Shown here in pieces: positions 24,113 to 32,738 of a DNA stretch of 60,699 nt. The DNA is from a virus. Its lineage: Duplodnaviria > Caudoviricetes. The stretch is from positions 1 to 60,699 of IMG/VR virus record IMGVR_UViG_3300048574_000519; one strand, 5' to 3'. The notes beneath the pieces are model-generated. The model ran no database searches and was not told where the DNA came from. It saw only the letters and a program-made list of their open reading frames with translations. Every line of letters starts with the position of its first letter. Positions within the stretch are counted from its first letter, which is position 1. The position numbers were made by a program, and so were the translations under genes.

Positions 24113-24376
24113 TCACTCCTCCAGGATGAAATAGCTGTGGTTGTCCCACGGAAGGAGACCGGGCAGACAAGAGTTTGGGTCCGGCAGCAGACGAACATGC
24201 CAGCTCTCCTCGACTGGCTCGTCGGTGAAGGCGAGGCGCCACTCGCCGGTGAGGCCAAGGTGCTCCGCCAGCAAGCGTGTGGATGAGAGCGCGTCCTCCG
24301 CCACGACGAGCGTGTCACAGTCAACGCCGCCGTCATCGTCGGGTGGTGTCACCAGATAGAGGTGCTTGGTGCTCAT
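24113..24376 (-). CDS. Hypothetical protein
   Basis: 87-aa acidic ORF in the operon. Confidence 0.6.
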   Translation of the reverse strand: MSTKHLYLVTPPDDDGGVDCDTLVVAEDALSSTRLLAEHLGLTGEWRLAFTDEPVEESWHVRLLPDPNSCLPGLLPWDNHSYFILEE

Positions 24377-24534
24377 GACGCATTACTCTGGGGGTTACGA
24401 TGTTCGGACTCAGCACGCGCAACGCGCTGACCGGCGCGCCGCTCGCGCTTCCACAGCGCGCGCTTGCCGAACGGCCGGAGGTGCTTCCACCACTGGGTGG
24501 CGCGGGCAAGCGTACCCTTCTTCACGGTGGCCAT
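24373..24534 (-). CDS. Small basic hypothetical protein
   Basis: MATVKKG...QWWKHLRPFGKRALWKRERR; GGAGG RBS. Confidence 0.65.
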   Translation of the reverse strand: MATVKKGTLARATQWWKHLRPFGKRALWKRERRAGQRVARAESEHRNPQSNAS

Positions 24535-24548
24535 GGTTACCCTCCAGG

Positions 24549-25007
24549 TTAGATGCCCCACATGAGGCGGTCGTAGCGCTCGCCAGACGCGGCGCCCCCG
24601 GCATTGAGCGCGCGATCGCGGACACGGGCCACGTACCCCGCCGCTGCCGTGGTCTTGTAGTCCTCGGACTCGCACGCTTGATAGTTGAAGCAGTCGCACG
24701 CCTTGACGACTTGCGTTGGCACTAGCCTGGCGCTGAACTTCGGGCGTCCGTAGAGTTTCGCCGTGTTGGGCTCTTCCTTCAGCTCAGCAACGAAAGCGCT
24801 CTTGAGGATCAGCGCCGGTTCCAGCCGAACGAACTTGAAGACGACGGCTTCCTGCTTCCACTCGTCGAGGAAGTCGCGACCGGGGTAGCGCGCTTCGAGA
24901 CTTCGCAGGTTCTCCGCCACGAGCATGTCAAAGTGCTCTTTATGTGGATCGGCAGTGAAGTTGACGATGAAGTTGACGTGCTCAGCCGAGCACAGCCAAG
25001 CGCTCAT
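24549..25007 (-). CDS. Phage early hypothetical protein
   Basis: MSAWLCS..H, ENLRSLEARY, KACDCFNYQACE; GGAG RBS. Confidence 0.75.
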   Translation of the reverse strand: MSAWLCSAEHVNFIVNFTADPHKEHFDMLVAENLRSLEARYPGRDFLDEWKQEAVVFKFVRLEPALILKSAFVAELKEEPNTAKLYGRPKFSARLVPTQVVKACDCFNYQACESEDYKTTAAAGYVARVRDRALNAGGAASGERYDRLMWGI

Positions 25008-25091
25008 GGTGGTTCTCCATAAGTGAAAGGGTGTGGTTCGCGGGGGACAGGCCCCAACCACCCTGGGCGGGCTGATCAACCCAGCAGTTGG

Positions 25092-25295
25092 TTACTCCAG
25101 CACGCGGCCGCCGACCGGGCGGTGATACTCGGCGGCTTCGAAAATCGTGAACCACTCGGCAGCAAACTTGCGTTCGATATGGTCACGCGCAATCGCCCTC
25201 GCGATGCCGTCATCCGGCGCTTCCACGAACATGACTTACATCGAGTTGTGGGCGTGCGGGCACCGGCACCACTTGACGCGGAACTCTATGGCCAT
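25092..25295 (-). pseudogene. Small ORF interrupted by an in-frame TAA
   Basis: MAIEFRVKWCRCPHAHNSM*VMFVEAPDDG...RVLE is one continuous frame with a stop at 25236-25238. Confidence 0.45.
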
Positions 25296-25309
25296 CGTTA
25301 CCCCCAAGG

Positions 25310-25495
25310 TTACGCGCCGGCGATGACAGTGACGGCGAGCGTCGGAGGGACCTTGCCGCCAGTCATGGCCGACTTGCGCACATAGAGTGTGCCGATCGCG
25401 GGAGCGAACGCCGGCTGGCCATCGAGGCCGACCTCCTGGTAGCGCACCGCGCCCTTGGTCTCCTTCTCGATCTTGAAGCTCAGAGAGAGGTTCAT
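25310..25495 (-). CDS. Small hypothetical protein
   Basis: MNLSLSFKIEKETKGAVRYQE..IGTLYVRK; AAGGA RBS. Confidence 0.7.
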   Translation of the reverse strand: MNLSLSFKIEKETKGAVRYQEVGLDGQPAFAPAIGTLYVRKSAMTGGKVPPTLAVTVIAGA

Positions 25496-25617
25496 GGTGT
25501 TGTAGTCCTTTGGTTTGGTGGGGAAGTTGAAAGGCGGTTGGGTGGTCCCACACTTCGGGCAGACGTCGCCCGGACCACACGCTCCGGACCGGCAGAGATA
25601 GCAGCGTCCGTCATGGC

Positions 25618-25845
25618 TCATTGGTGCCACCTCGTGGGTAACTTGGCGCCGTGCTTGAGTGAGAGCGCGACGGCTTGCGCCCAGCCATCCCGACGCGGCC
25701 AGAAGCTGTTGATCTCACGGTTGACGTGGGAGAGGACGCGCACATACCTGATGGTGCCATCGGTTCGAACCACGGGGACCATACGCTCACGCCACCCCAA
25801 CAAAATCGCGGTGGCTTTGGCTGCGGGATCACGCCGGCGACTCAT
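25618..25845 (-). CDS. LLGW-family mini protein (subtype B)
   Basis: KATAILLGWRE...GWAQAVALSL. Confidence 0.7.
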   Translation of the reverse strand: MSRRRDPAAKATAILLGWRERMVPVVRTDGTIRYVRVLSHVNREINSFWPRRDGWAQAVALSLKHGAKLPTRWHQ

Positions 25846-26056
25846 GGGATCCCTCCGGGGGTAACGCGTCCTGTTCATCGAGCGAGATCCGCACGGCACG
25901 CGCCCATCCACCTTCATTCTTGAGGAAGGCTCGGTCGAGGTCGTCGTTGATGAGCGCGTAGTAGAACCTACGACCACCGCTCGCCGCCCACTTGAAGCGA
26001 CATAGTTCGCGCCACCCCAAGAGCAACGCTGTGGCTTTGACGGCGCGCTTGTCCAT
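25829..26056 (-). CDS. LLGW-family mini protein (subtype B)
   Basis: KATALLLGWRE...GWARAVRISL. Confidence 0.7.
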   Translation of the reverse strand: MDKRAVKATALLLGWRELCRFKWAASGGRRFYYALINDDLDRAFLKNEGGWARAVRISLDEQDALPPEGSHESPA

Positions 26057-26062
26057 GGTGGA

Positions 26063-26209
26063 TCACTCGTTGTCGATCACGGTTTTGAGCATGTCGCTGG
26101 CGATGCCGACCACCACGACGAGCGTCATAACCCGCCAGGTAATCTCAACGTCGACGAGCGTCGAAACGCCGATGATGACCCCGACGTTCGCCCAAGTCCA
26201 AGTGTTCAT
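26063..26209 (-). CDS. Small hydrophobic or membrane protein
   Basis: 48 aa with two hydrophobic stretches; GAGG RBS. Confidence 0.55.
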   Translation of the reverse strand: MNTWTWANVGVIIGVSTLVDVEITWRVMTLVVVVGIASDMLKTVIDNE

Positions 26210-26404
26210 GGTGTTACCTCGCAGGTTGCTTCGTATCGGCGCTGTGCCTCTACGATCCGGCCGGTATCGCCAGATTGTGTCATGGTCCGATGGTCCTACA
26301 GGCCGGGAAGGATGAGTGCGCACGCGAACAGAAACAGCCCGATCGCGAGCGCGCTCAACCAGTCGGACGCTTGCGCTGGCCGTGTCACGCCGTTACCTCG
26401 CGGG

Positions 26405-26725
26405 TTAGGCCGCGAACTTCTTCACGGCCTCGACCACCGGATCGACCGGCGGCTGTGGGTAGGTGGCCTCCACGATCGCCTTGGAGACGCGCAGGTCCAG
26501 GTCGGTGAAGCTGCGGAACATCTTGATCGCCAAGATCTCGGCGTCGCCGTGGGTGCTGCGGCAGTGACGCGCGAGCGCGGCCAGGCCCTCGGCGCTGACC
26601 AGCACGTTGCGCCGCGGCGCGTTCTGTCCCATGCCGCCAAAGGACCCGTTGGTCATCCCGTCTTGGGAGCCGCCGAGGTGGTGGGGTCCTTCGGGGTCTC
26701 CGACAACTCCGACATAGATCGACAT
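26405..26725 (-). CDS. Hypothetical protein with a ribosomal L7/L12 CTD-like motif
   Basis: ILAIKMFRSFTDLDLRVSKAIVE resembles the L7/L12 pattern IxxIKxxRxxTGLGLKEAKxxVE. Confidence 0.6.
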   Translation of the reverse strand: MSIYVGVVGDPEGPHHLGGSQDGMTNGSFGGMGQNAPRRNVLVSAEGLAALARHCRSTHGDAEILAIKMFRSFTDLDLRVSKAIVEATYPQPPVDPVVEAVKKFAA

Positions 26726-26823
26726 AGTGGTGGTTCTCCGTGGGTGGTGGGGGCGTGTGAGGCTCACTGAGGCGGCGCTGAGTGCGCAACGCCGCCCTAT
26801 GAACCACGTAACCTTCGAAGTAA

Positions 26824-27558
26824 CTAAGCCGCGATCGCCGCCTCGACGGCGTTGGCCTGGTCATCGCGCCCGAGCTCGCGCAGCTTCGCCACCAGCTTGG
26901 TCTGGTCGTCCTTGACCTTGAGCGCGGACAGCCGGTCCTTGATGTTGTCGAAGGCGGCGATCGTCTGCGGCGCCTGGTCCTTGATGCCGGCCTCACCCGT
27001 GATGAGCCCCTCCAGGATGGCCTTGGCCTTCTCCAGCTGGCCCTCGACGGTCTTCTCGGTGGGCTCGTCCTTGAGGATGATCGCCTTGATCTCGTCGTCG
27101 GTCATCTCGGTGTCCCGGTCTTTCATGACGCGGGCGATCTCGACCAGCATCGGGAACACGGCTTTCACCTTCTGGTCCTGCTGAAGCGCGACCTTGCGAT
27201 AGTTGATCGCCTTGTCCCTCACCGTCAGCGGGTCGACGTTGGGGTTCTGGCACCACGCCACGATCTGGCGGACTTTCGACGCGTTGGCGGTCTGGCCCTT
27301 CTCGGAGTGGACCAGTTTTTTGCTCATCGAAGTCAGATAAGCGTCATACGCCAGGGCCGCGTGATCCTTCTCGCCCTTGGCCGGCTTCTCCAGGGTGATA
27401 ACCCCCGAGGTTGCCGCGTCCATCAGGTCGATGGCGAACATGGGCAGGGCGTCCACGCCCTCTGCGGACGCACGGCCGAAAGCACGCGCACGTCCCATGA
27501 AGTCGTCGAAGCGCTGGTCGTTCTGCGCCTGCGATGCGCTGATCGGTCCGGGTGACAT
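26824..27558 (-). CDS. Hypothetical helical protein
   Basis: 244 aa, strong codon bias, GGAG RBS. Confidence 0.8.
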   Translation of the reverse strand: MSPGPISASQAQNDQRFDDFMGRARAFGRASAEGVDALPMFAIDLMDAATSGVITLEKPAKGEKDHAALAYDAYLTSMSKKLVHSEKGQTANASKVRQIVAWCQNPNVDPLTVRDKAINYRKVALQQDQKVKAVFPMLVEIARVMKDRDTEMTDDEIKAIILKDEPTEKTVEGQLEKAKAILEGLITGEAGIKDQAPQTIAAFDNIKDRLSALKVKDDQTKLVAKLRELGRDDQANAVEAAIAA

Positions 27559-27767
27559 AGGGTATCTCCAGTGGGTGGGTTCGATGGTGGTTCGATGGTG
27601 ATATGGGCGCGTTATGAGTGCGCGTCCACGTTATTCTCGGGTAACCTTTGGGGTTACTGCGCCAGACACACGCGGCGGCGCGACAGGTAAAAGCTGAACC
27701 CGAAGCGGCCGATCCGCACGAAGTGAAGGCCACCGACTTTCCGGTATGACATTGGTTACCTCGTGGG

Positions 27768-28007
27768 TCACGCGGCCGGCTGCGCCTGCGCGGGCACCAC
27801 GGGCGGGTCATAGTCCGCGTAGATCTGGATCGGGTCGTCGACCTCGTCGTCGGTGAGATAGGCGCACGCCAGAATGCAGGCCGGGTCCGCGGTCAGCTCG
27901 TTGAACGCTTCCATCGCGGCTTCGCGGGTGTCGTAGTCCTTGACGCCTTCGCGGGTTTCGTCGTCGGAAATGGTCAGCACTCCGAACACACGGTGGACGT
28001 TGATCAT
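27768..28007 (-). CDS. Acidic hypothetical protein
   Basis: 79 aa, D/E-rich, bounded by near-identical palindrome copies. Confidence 0.65.
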   Translation of the reverse strand: MINVHRVFGVLTISDDETREGVKDYDTREAAMEAFNELTADPACILACAYLTDDEVDDPIQIYADYDPPVVPAQAQPAA

Positions 28008-28265
28008 GGTGGTTACCTCGTGGGTTGCCGCGTTCGGCACGCGCCAAAGCCCACCACACGATCCAGGTTCAAGCGTCTGGTGGTGTGATGGGCTTCAGTC
28101 CATGCCGGCAGGAGGCGCAGTGGTCCTCGGTATAGCGGTCCCCTTCTGCCCTGGTCGTGCCAGGGTCGAGTGCCGCACCGTGCGCGCTCCGCGCTGCCGT
28201 GTAACTCGGCCAGGTCATCGTAACCTCCAAGGTTATGGTGATGATGGTGGTGTTGTGAGAGCGCG

Positions 28266-28571
28266 CTAGTCCTCTGCGCCCCATGTTGGGTCTCTTGGCC
28301 GAGACAGGGTACCAGCCAGCCGCGGCGGGATGTGCTGATCCTTCGCCACTGACACAAACCTGGCGAACTCTCTCGTGCCGTCGGGGTACATGATCTCCGC
28401 CACGCGGAGGCCACACACCAAGCATCGCAAGCGACGGTATTTGTAGGTGCGGTTTTCGAGCGGCACCGAAGCGCCGTGCGGCAGTAGAGCGTGGGGCGGC
28501 AACACACCTGTCATGAGCACGCGCAGGTCACCACCACATGCTGGACACTTCGTGGGGGGCCTACGCGCCAT
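28266..28571 (-). CDS. Zn-ribbon protein (NrdR-N-like)
   Basis: KCPACGG...YRRLRCLVCGLR. Confidence 0.6.
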   Translation of the reverse strand: MARRPPTKCPACGGDLRVLMTGVLPPHALLPHGASVPLENRTYKYRRLRCLVCGLRVAEIMYPDGTREFARFVSVAKDQHIPPRLAGTLSRPRDPTWGAED

Positions 28572-29061
28572 TGGGATTACACTCGGGGTAACCTTCGGGG
28601 TCGTCATCACCGAAGAAGTATTCGGGCTCAGTCTCTGGCGTCATCGCCGGCGGGCCGGAATGGTCCGGGGGTTCGATGGGCTCAGGCTCTTGCGGTGGAC
28701 CGTTCGATGGTGCGATGGGCGGGCGTGACAAGGTCTGTTCAGGCAACTTCAGGCGCTGCCAGAAAACATCCTCTTCGAAGTCGTCGCCGAGCAAGTCGCG
28801 TGTCATGGCGTAAATATCCATGACACTTGTCATGGACTTCATGTGACAACGGTAGCGATAAATGCGCCGCTTCCTTGCTGCCGCCTCACGTGCCAACACG
28901 CTAAGTTTCGCGCGGGTTTCAGTCACCTGCACCAGGAGCGCGTCGAGCGCGGTCTGTTCAACTCTGGAGGTGTCAAGCACCTCGGCTGCGGTCTTGGCGC
29001 GCGGAATATATGGTCGAGAATTCGACACGATTGTCATCCCTTTTCTGACGGTAACCTTCAA
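28561..29061 (-). CDS. Hypothetical protein
   Basis: 166-aa ORF downstream of the AT-rich region. Start uncertain. Confidence 0.55.
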   Translation of the reverse strand: MKVTVRKGMTIVSNSRPYIPRAKTAAEVLDTSRVEQTALDALLVQVTETRAKLSVLAREAAARKRRIYRYRCHMKSMTSVMDIYAMTRDLLGDDFEEDVFWQRLKLPEQTLSRPPIAPSNGPPQEPEPIEPPDHSGPPAMTPETEPEYFFGDDDPEGYPECNPNGA

Positions 29062-29470
29062 ACCTATGACACGTGGTTTGTCTTGGGCGCTCAGTACATA
29101 CTATGTGTTATGTGTTAGGCGCTCAGTACATACCAAATGTCATGGTTATATGGGCCGTTGTACAAGGTTTTCTAGCCACAAAACGTCTGAATATGTTGGG
29201 ATTTGGTGATTATATGAGTGAGAGCGCAGAAATTAGATTAAAGCGTTAGAATTTAAGTTGTTGAAAACAAACAACAATTGTGCCTTTCTCTAATTCTAAC
29301 GCGTTTGCGCACAACAGGGCTAGGACCAGCACAACCGATACAACCGCGGCCGGACCAACACACGCTCCGAGAGTGGAGGGGTAGAGGTCACTATATTATT
29401 AGAATTAGAAATTAGAATATAAGATTATATAAGTAACCGACCAGATACCCAGGTGCAACCTTCTCTTTCG
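29062..29470. promoter_or_regulatory. AT-rich non-coding region with repeats (candidate origin or control region)
   Basis: Direct repeat GGCGCTCAGTACATAC near 29086 and 29118; several TTAGAA units; very low GC. Confidence 0.55.
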
Positions 29471-29580
29471 CGTGCCGCGTCTTGATGTTCAGCGCCGCAC
29501 AATCGAGAAGGCGACCGGCAACGCAGCGCGTCGCCAGCCCATCGAACCATCTGCCCATAACTCAGGAGGTAACTTGAGCG

Positions 29581-29889
29581 TCAGATGTGTTGTGCCCCAC
29601 GCAATTCGCGGGCGACACGGTCCAGGAGCAAGCGCTGATAGCGGTATTGCTGCGAGCGCTTGCTTTCCGGGCGATGGACGATGCCCGATCCAGACGATTT
29701 CCAGTGGATATCTTTTCCACCGACGGGCGCAGAACACCTCATGTTGCGGTTCGCGGGAGTGTCGCGGCGGATTTTTTCTTCGATCCCGCGCAAGGGTTGC
29801 GCCTCAAGGACAACCCGCTTGCCACCCTTCGGACCAACGGACGTTGCGAGGCGCTTACCCTCACGGGCGTAGGCGTGCCATGCTTGCAT
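29581..29889 (-). CDS. Hypothetical protein
   Basis: ATG after a GAGG RBS inside a palindrome copy. Confidence 0.4.
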   Translation of the reverse strand: MQAWHAYAREGKRLATSVGPKGGKRVVLEAQPLRGIEEKIRRDTPANRNMRCSAPVGGKDIHWKSSGSGIVHRPESKRSQQYRYQRLLLDRVARELRGAQHI

Positions 29890-29900
29890 GTTTCGTTACC

Positions 29901-30215
29901 TCATGGGTTAGCGCGGGCGGCATCACGAGCGGCGCGCCGGGCGGCACACTCGGCGATCTCACGGGCAGTAGTGGCGTGAGCGTTCATGCGTCGACGGGCG
30001 ACTTCGCGCAGGAACTTCATACGCTCGGCGCGGTCACCAGGCGCAGGCAGTTTGAGCTCAGTCGGGACGGACGATTTGACCTTGAGCTCGACTGTCCAGT
30101 CGAACGACAAGGCGAGCGGCAGGCGGCCGGGGTGCGGTGCGGTGGTTGTAGGGGCGGCCAACGGGCGGGCAGTGCGCGCATCGTGGGCGCGTCGGCGTTG
30201 CTTGTTCGAGATCAT
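29901..30215 (-). CDS. Basic hypothetical protein (first early gene)
   Basis: AGGAGG RBS within the palindrome at 30221. Confidence 0.55.
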   Translation of the reverse strand: MISNKQRRRAHDARTARPLAAPTTTAPHPGRLPLALSFDWTVELKVKSSVPTELKLPAPGDRAERMKFLREVARRRMNAHATTAREIAECAARRAARDAARANP

Positions 30216-30239
30216 GATTGTTACCTCCTGAGTAATGGG

Positions 30240-30749
30240 CAGTAGCGGCGCCCAGGTTGCTATCCCCAGGCGCCGCTTAATGGTTTTGTGATTTGATACG
30301 AGGCAGGGCGACTTCTCCCATTGGAACTAGGCCATTCGATGCGGCACCCCCCCGCGTTAGTCTCGGAGAACTAAAACCGCTCCAAGTCCCGGTTAACTGT
30401 AGAGGTTCCTATTGCTCTACACTCTAGGCACGGGGCGGGGACTACCCCCGGGGTATGTGGCCAGGCGGGGGTGCGAGCGTGCGAGCTTTTTTAGGGGGCC
30501 CCAGAATATAGGTGCCACGGAACCAATAGTTACATGAATATTACTTGGTGGTATAACCGCGGGGTATGACGTCATGCCCATGAAACCACCAGACCATAGC
30601 TCCGTAAAAATACTAATCCCGAATATCAGGCGCGTAAAATCGTGCTGTCAAAAATATATATTGGCCCAAAATACCCTTGTAACTTTGACGCAACCCATTA
30701 GATTACGTGACTCGAAACAACCCACCCATCAAACCATCGGGGGCCCCAG
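30240..30749. promoter_or_regulatory. Divergent control region between the leftward early and rightward operons
   Basis: Strand switch point; ~500 nt with no credible ORF, AT-rich tracts, GC hairpins and a palindrome copy at 30442. Confidence 0.6.
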
Positions 30750-31001
30750 ATGAAGAAACCAGAGAAGGACCAACCCAAATTCATGACGTTCGTCGAGGGC
30801 CACCCGCGTCGGGACGACGAGCCCAACCCGTTGGCCCCGATGGTGCCTTACGCAGCGCCATCCGATGTCCCTGTGCCGCTACGGCAGAACCTGAAGCTGG
30901 CGCACGACTCCGGGCTGACGGTGGCGCAGCTGAGCGCGCTCTACGAGATGCCAGAAGAGTGGATCACCCTGTTCGTGGCCGACGAGGGGCGCGCTCAGTA
31001 A
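30750..31001 (+). CDS. Small HTH-like protein
   Basis: SGLTVAQLSALYEMPEEWI is HTH-like. Confidence 0.55.
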   Translation: MKKPEKDQPKFMTFVEGHPRRDDEPNPLAPMVPYAAPSDVPVPLRQNLKLAHDSGLTVAQLSALYEMPEEWITLFVADEGRAQ

Positions 31002-31127
31002 TACTGCTGTAATCTGATGGTTCTATAGGTAACCCCATTATAACTGAACAAGTTATAATGGGGTTTTGCTTTACATTTATGGGCGGCAGACTCATTTTGC
31101 TCTGGAACCACCAACCGGAGCCCCGCC

Positions 31128-31454
31128 GTGAAGACCAAACCCCGAAAAGCCAAACCCCGAAAAGCCAAGGCTTCGCTGCCGGCTCCCACGGAGAGCTCTC
31201 CGCCGTCGGATCCCCGGGCGCAAGCCGTTGCGCAGTGCAAGACCGTGCTCGGTCAGATCTTCGACGCGCTCGCCGCCGGGAATATCGCGGGGCTGATGAT
31301 CGTCAGTACGAACGGCGGGACCGACAGCCATCGGAGTTTCGCTGGTCTGATGACCGCTGACCTCCATCTCGGCGCCTGTCTGGCGGTGAAGGATCTGGAG
31401 GCGATGTTCGTCGCCAAGAGCCCCGTCGCCGAGAACACCGCGGGGAGGGGGTAA
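31128..31454 (+). CDS. Hypothetical protein
   Basis: GTG start after GGAG; KPRKA repeated twice. Confidence 0.6.
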   Translation: MKTKPRKAKPRKAKASLPAPTESSPPSDPRAQAVAQCKTVLGQIFDALAAGNIAGLMIVSTNGGTDSHRSFAGLMTADLHLGACLAVKDLEAMFVAKSPVAENTAGRG

Positions 31455-31744
31455 TGCGGGGCCCCACTGACGCAAACGAAGTCGTGGAGAACGACCCCCG
31501 GCAGATGGACCTCTTCGCGTTCATGCAGCGGCCGGAGGCCATTCGCAACGAACTCGGGCTGCTCACTGAGGTGGAGCTCGCCGCGGCGCTCGGCGTCACG
31601 GTCGAGACGCTCGCGACGTGGCGCGGCGCCGGCCAGGGGCCCGACTTCACCAAGCCGGCCAAGCAGGTGTTCTACCGCTGCGAGGACGTCAAAGCGTGGA
31701 TGGACGGGAACGTGCGCGCCCCGAGCGCGAAGGAGCCGAAGTGA
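31454..31744 (+). CDS. AlpA/excisionase-type HTH DNA-binding protein
   Basis: LLTEVELAAALGVTVETLATWR..GQGPDF.K....VFYR..DV.AW. Confidence 0.85.
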   Translation: MRGPTDANEVVENDPRQMDLFAFMQRPEAIRNELGLLTEVELAAALGVTVETLATWRGAGQGPDFTKPAKQVFYRCEDVKAWMDGNVRAPSAKEPK

Positions 31745-32061
31745 TGGAAACGGTCGCAATCGGAAAAGTCGTCGTCTACACGCTGACCACCCACGACGTG
31801 GAGATGATCAATCGCCGGCGCGCCGACGCGCGGGAGCGGATGGACTGGCACCGTGCGCTCAAGAGCGGCGCGCAAGTCCATGTCGGAAACACGGCCGAGG
31901 TCGGCCAGTCGTTCCCGATGATCGTCACTCGGGTCTGGGGCACGAACCAGTTCAGCGCCTTCAATGGGCAGGTGATGCTCGACGGCAACGACACCCTGTG
32001 GGTGACGTCGGCGCACATGGGCGATGGCCGGCCCGGTTCGGCGATGTGGCCAGCGTCGTGA
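31744..32061 (+). CDS. Hypothetical protein
   Basis: IGKVVVY...PMIVTRVW...NGQVMLDGNDTLWVTS, a recurrent phage hypothetical pattern. Confidence 0.7.
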   Translation: METVAIGKVVVYTLTTHDVEMINRRRADARERMDWHRALKSGAQVHVGNTAEVGQSFPMIVTRVWGTNQFSAFNGQVMLDGNDTLWVTSAHMGDGRPGSAMWPAS

Positions 32062-32115
32062 CGCATCCACTCGACATCCCGGAGTTTCTCAGGCGCAACC
32101 GCAAGGAGAAGGTCG

Positions 32116-32352
32116 ATGGCGGTCAACAAGTACAAGGCACCCAAGAAGATGTGGCGGCGCTGGGGGGTGGTGGGCCAGCGGGTGTTCAACGAGATGTTCG
32201 CGACGCTCCGGGACAACCCCCGCTTCGTCGTGTTCGCTGACGAGCCTCTGCCGACAAAACGCCGGTGGCGTGTCGTCGCTTGGAACACGGCGTGGCTCGC
32301 CGCCGACGCTACTCGTATCGCGCTCGACGGCATCGCCAAGAAGGGCTCGTGA
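32116..32352 (+). CDS. Hypothetical protein
   Basis: 78 aa, RBS present; VAWNTAWLAAD. Confidence 0.65.
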   Translation: MAVNKYKAPKKMWRRWGVVGQRVFNEMFATLRDNPRFVVFADEPLPTKRRWRVVAWNTAWLAADATRIALDGIAKKGS

Positions 32353-32738
32353 ACGCCCACGGCCGGCGGACGGCCACGAGGCGCTACCTGCACTACATTC
32401 TGTGCGGCGCCTCGTTATTCCAGATCTTTACAGGGCTGAAGCCGGTGAGATTTGACCAGTACATCGCCCGGCTGCCGCACGCGCGGAAGGTCGAGATTGC
32501 CTACACGCTACTGGCGCTCGGCGCTTCGCGTGGGGGGACGGACATGCTCAGTTGTGTCGACAAGTTGTCGCCCGATGAGCAGGAGACGCTGGGGGTCATC
32601 ACAGGGCTTCGTCGCGATTACGAGCGCTCGCTCGGTGAGAAGCTCGACAAGCTGGCTCTGTTCCTGCTGGCGAACCCACTCCCGGTCACGTCCAACCTTT
32701 CGCTGTCACCTTCGGACCCGTCACACGCCGCCGCGTGA
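32349..32738 (+). CDS. Hypothetical protein
   Basis: GTGA overlap with the upstream gene; converges on terL. Confidence 0.5.
   Translation: MNAHGRRTATRRYLHYILCGASLFQIFTGLKPVRFDQYIARLPHARKVEIAYTLLALGASRGGTDMLSCVDKLSPDEQETLGVITGLRRDYERSLGEKLDKLALFLLANPLPVTSNLSLSPSDPSHAAA

Larger units (their letters stand above)
919..30456. repeat. Dispersed 15-bp palindromic motif T(T/A)AC-YYYNRRR-GT(A/T)(A/G)
   Basis: More than 35 copies found by eye, mostly at early-gene junctions; coordinates are listed in the findings. Confidence 0.9.

Noticed and set aside
22048-28030. CRISPR-like array formed by the recurring palindrome, with a Cas4-like gene present
   Set aside because: Repeats are 15 bp, degenerate and separated by whole genes rather than 30-40-nt spacers. 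No cas1/cas2; solo Cas4-like nucleases are common in phages.
22048-28030. Integron attC cassettes
   Set aside because: Junctions lack the RYYYAAC...GTTRRRY long imperfect hairpins, and the integrase shows no evident IntI-specific features.
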